A DNA stretch of 64,000 nucleotides from Bacteroidaceae bacterium (GTDB taxonomy: Bacteria; Bacteroidota; Bacteroidia; Bacteroidales; Bacteroidaceae): positions 7,615-71,614 of the forward strand of contig JAZKYH010000022.1 of the NCBI GenBank assembly GCA_045612065.1. The letters run 5' to 3'. This document shows positions 63,415-64,000 of the stretch, one piece after another. Both the position numbers and the translations under genes were made by a program. Each line of letters opens with the position of its first letter. Within the stretch, counting starts at the first letter, position 1. The notes beneath the pieces were generated by a model. It had not been told where the DNA came from and searched no databases. It saw only the letters and a list, made by a program, of their open reading frames with translations.

Positions 63415-64000
63415 GAGGCAGCACACTCCACTTTGCCGATGCGCAAAAACTCACACGCCCCACGGCCTTTACCACGATGATAAAGCCCGTGGGCTCGCTC
63501 TGTAACCTCGACTGCGACTACTGCTACTACCTGGGCAAGGCCGACCTCTACGGAGGCCATCAGCCCAAGATGAGTGACGAACTGCTCGAACGCTACATCA
63601 GCCAGTATATCGAGGCCGTACAGGTACCCACCGTCACCTTCTGCTGGCACGGAGGAGAGCCCCTCCTGGCAGGCATCGACTTCTACGAGAAGGCCGTAGC
63701 ACTGCAAAATAGATATCGCGGCAACAAGCAAATTGAGAACTCGCTGCAGACCAACGGACTGCTCATCAACCCCGACTGGTGCGACTTCTTCCGCCAGAAC
63801 AACTTCCTCATCGGACTCTCCATCGACGGACCCAAGGAGATCCACGACGCCTACCGCCACGACCGAGGCGGGCACCCCACCTTCGACCGCGTGATGCGAG
63901 GTCTCGAGATGATGGCCATGAGCGGCGTAGAGTACAACACGCTGAGCACCATCAACGACCGCTGTGCCGGACAAGGCAAGCGCGTATACCAGTTCATGCG
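63411..64000 (+). CDS. anaerobic sulfatase-maturating enzyme (radical SAM/SPASM), 5' part; runs off the right edge and is not in the ORF track
   Basis: My own translation from the ATG at 63411 is MRGSTLHFADAQKLTRPTAFTTMIKPVGSLCNLDCDYCYY...CWHGGEPLLAG...QTNGLLI.... It carries the CxxxCxxC radical-SAM motif and an anSME-like N-terminus. Confidence 0.85.
   Translation, partial: MRGSTLHFADAQKLTRPTAFTTMIKPVGSLCNLDCDYCYYLGKADLYGGHQPKMSDELLERYISQYIEAVQVPTVTFCWHGGEPLLAGIDFYEKAVALQNRYRGNKQIENSLQTNGLLINPDWCDFFRQNNFLIGLSIDGPKEIHDAYRHDRGGHPTFDRVMRGLEMMAMSGVEYNTLSTINDRCAGQGKRVYQFM

Overview
This 64 kb window looks like chromosomal DNA from a Bacteroidales organism, probably Prevotella-like. The cues are mutY-ssb-gldE-like synteny, TTTG/TAnnTTTG promoter boxes with no Shine-Dalgarno sequences, a Rho with a long Q/N/T-rich insertion, and a GH109-like enzyme.

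Most genes are housekeeping:
- Amino-acid and lipid biosynthesis: metH, leuACD, argCD, a stand-alone trpB2, fabD.
- DNA and RNA metabolism: mutY, ssb, HU, RNase G, rho, recJ-recQ, dam.
- Translation: rplY-pth-hslR.

A surface-polysaccharide locus of about 17 kb (17.0-33.8 kb) has an AT-rich centre. The 3' end holds an ECF-sigma operon and a partial radical-SAM sulfatase maturase.

I found no rRNA, tRNA, CRISPR array, transposase, integrase or recognisable multi-gene defence system. The unusual content is regulatory and repeat architecture:
1. A complete promoter, WWW leader peptide and terminator attenuator in front of trpB2.
2. An untracked 30-codon, very basic ORF between HU and RNase G.
3. 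A family of ~30 bp GC-rich hairpin elements sitting in frame inside coding sequences (metH twice, a DUF3805-like gene, wecB).
4. Three separate arrays of exactly 4 x 22 bp phased repeats, plus an 83 bp tandem promoter-module array upstream of rplY with a dispersed copy.
5. A nested AT-rich palindromic element of ~180 bp.
6. Unusual protein variants: a Cys-rich insert in Hsp20, an OadA/5S-like carboxyltransferase with no visible biotinylation motif, an internal 159 bp duplication in the Rho insert, and a MetH without a reactivation domain.

All functional calls rest on motif recognition by eye and memory of protein families. No searches were run.
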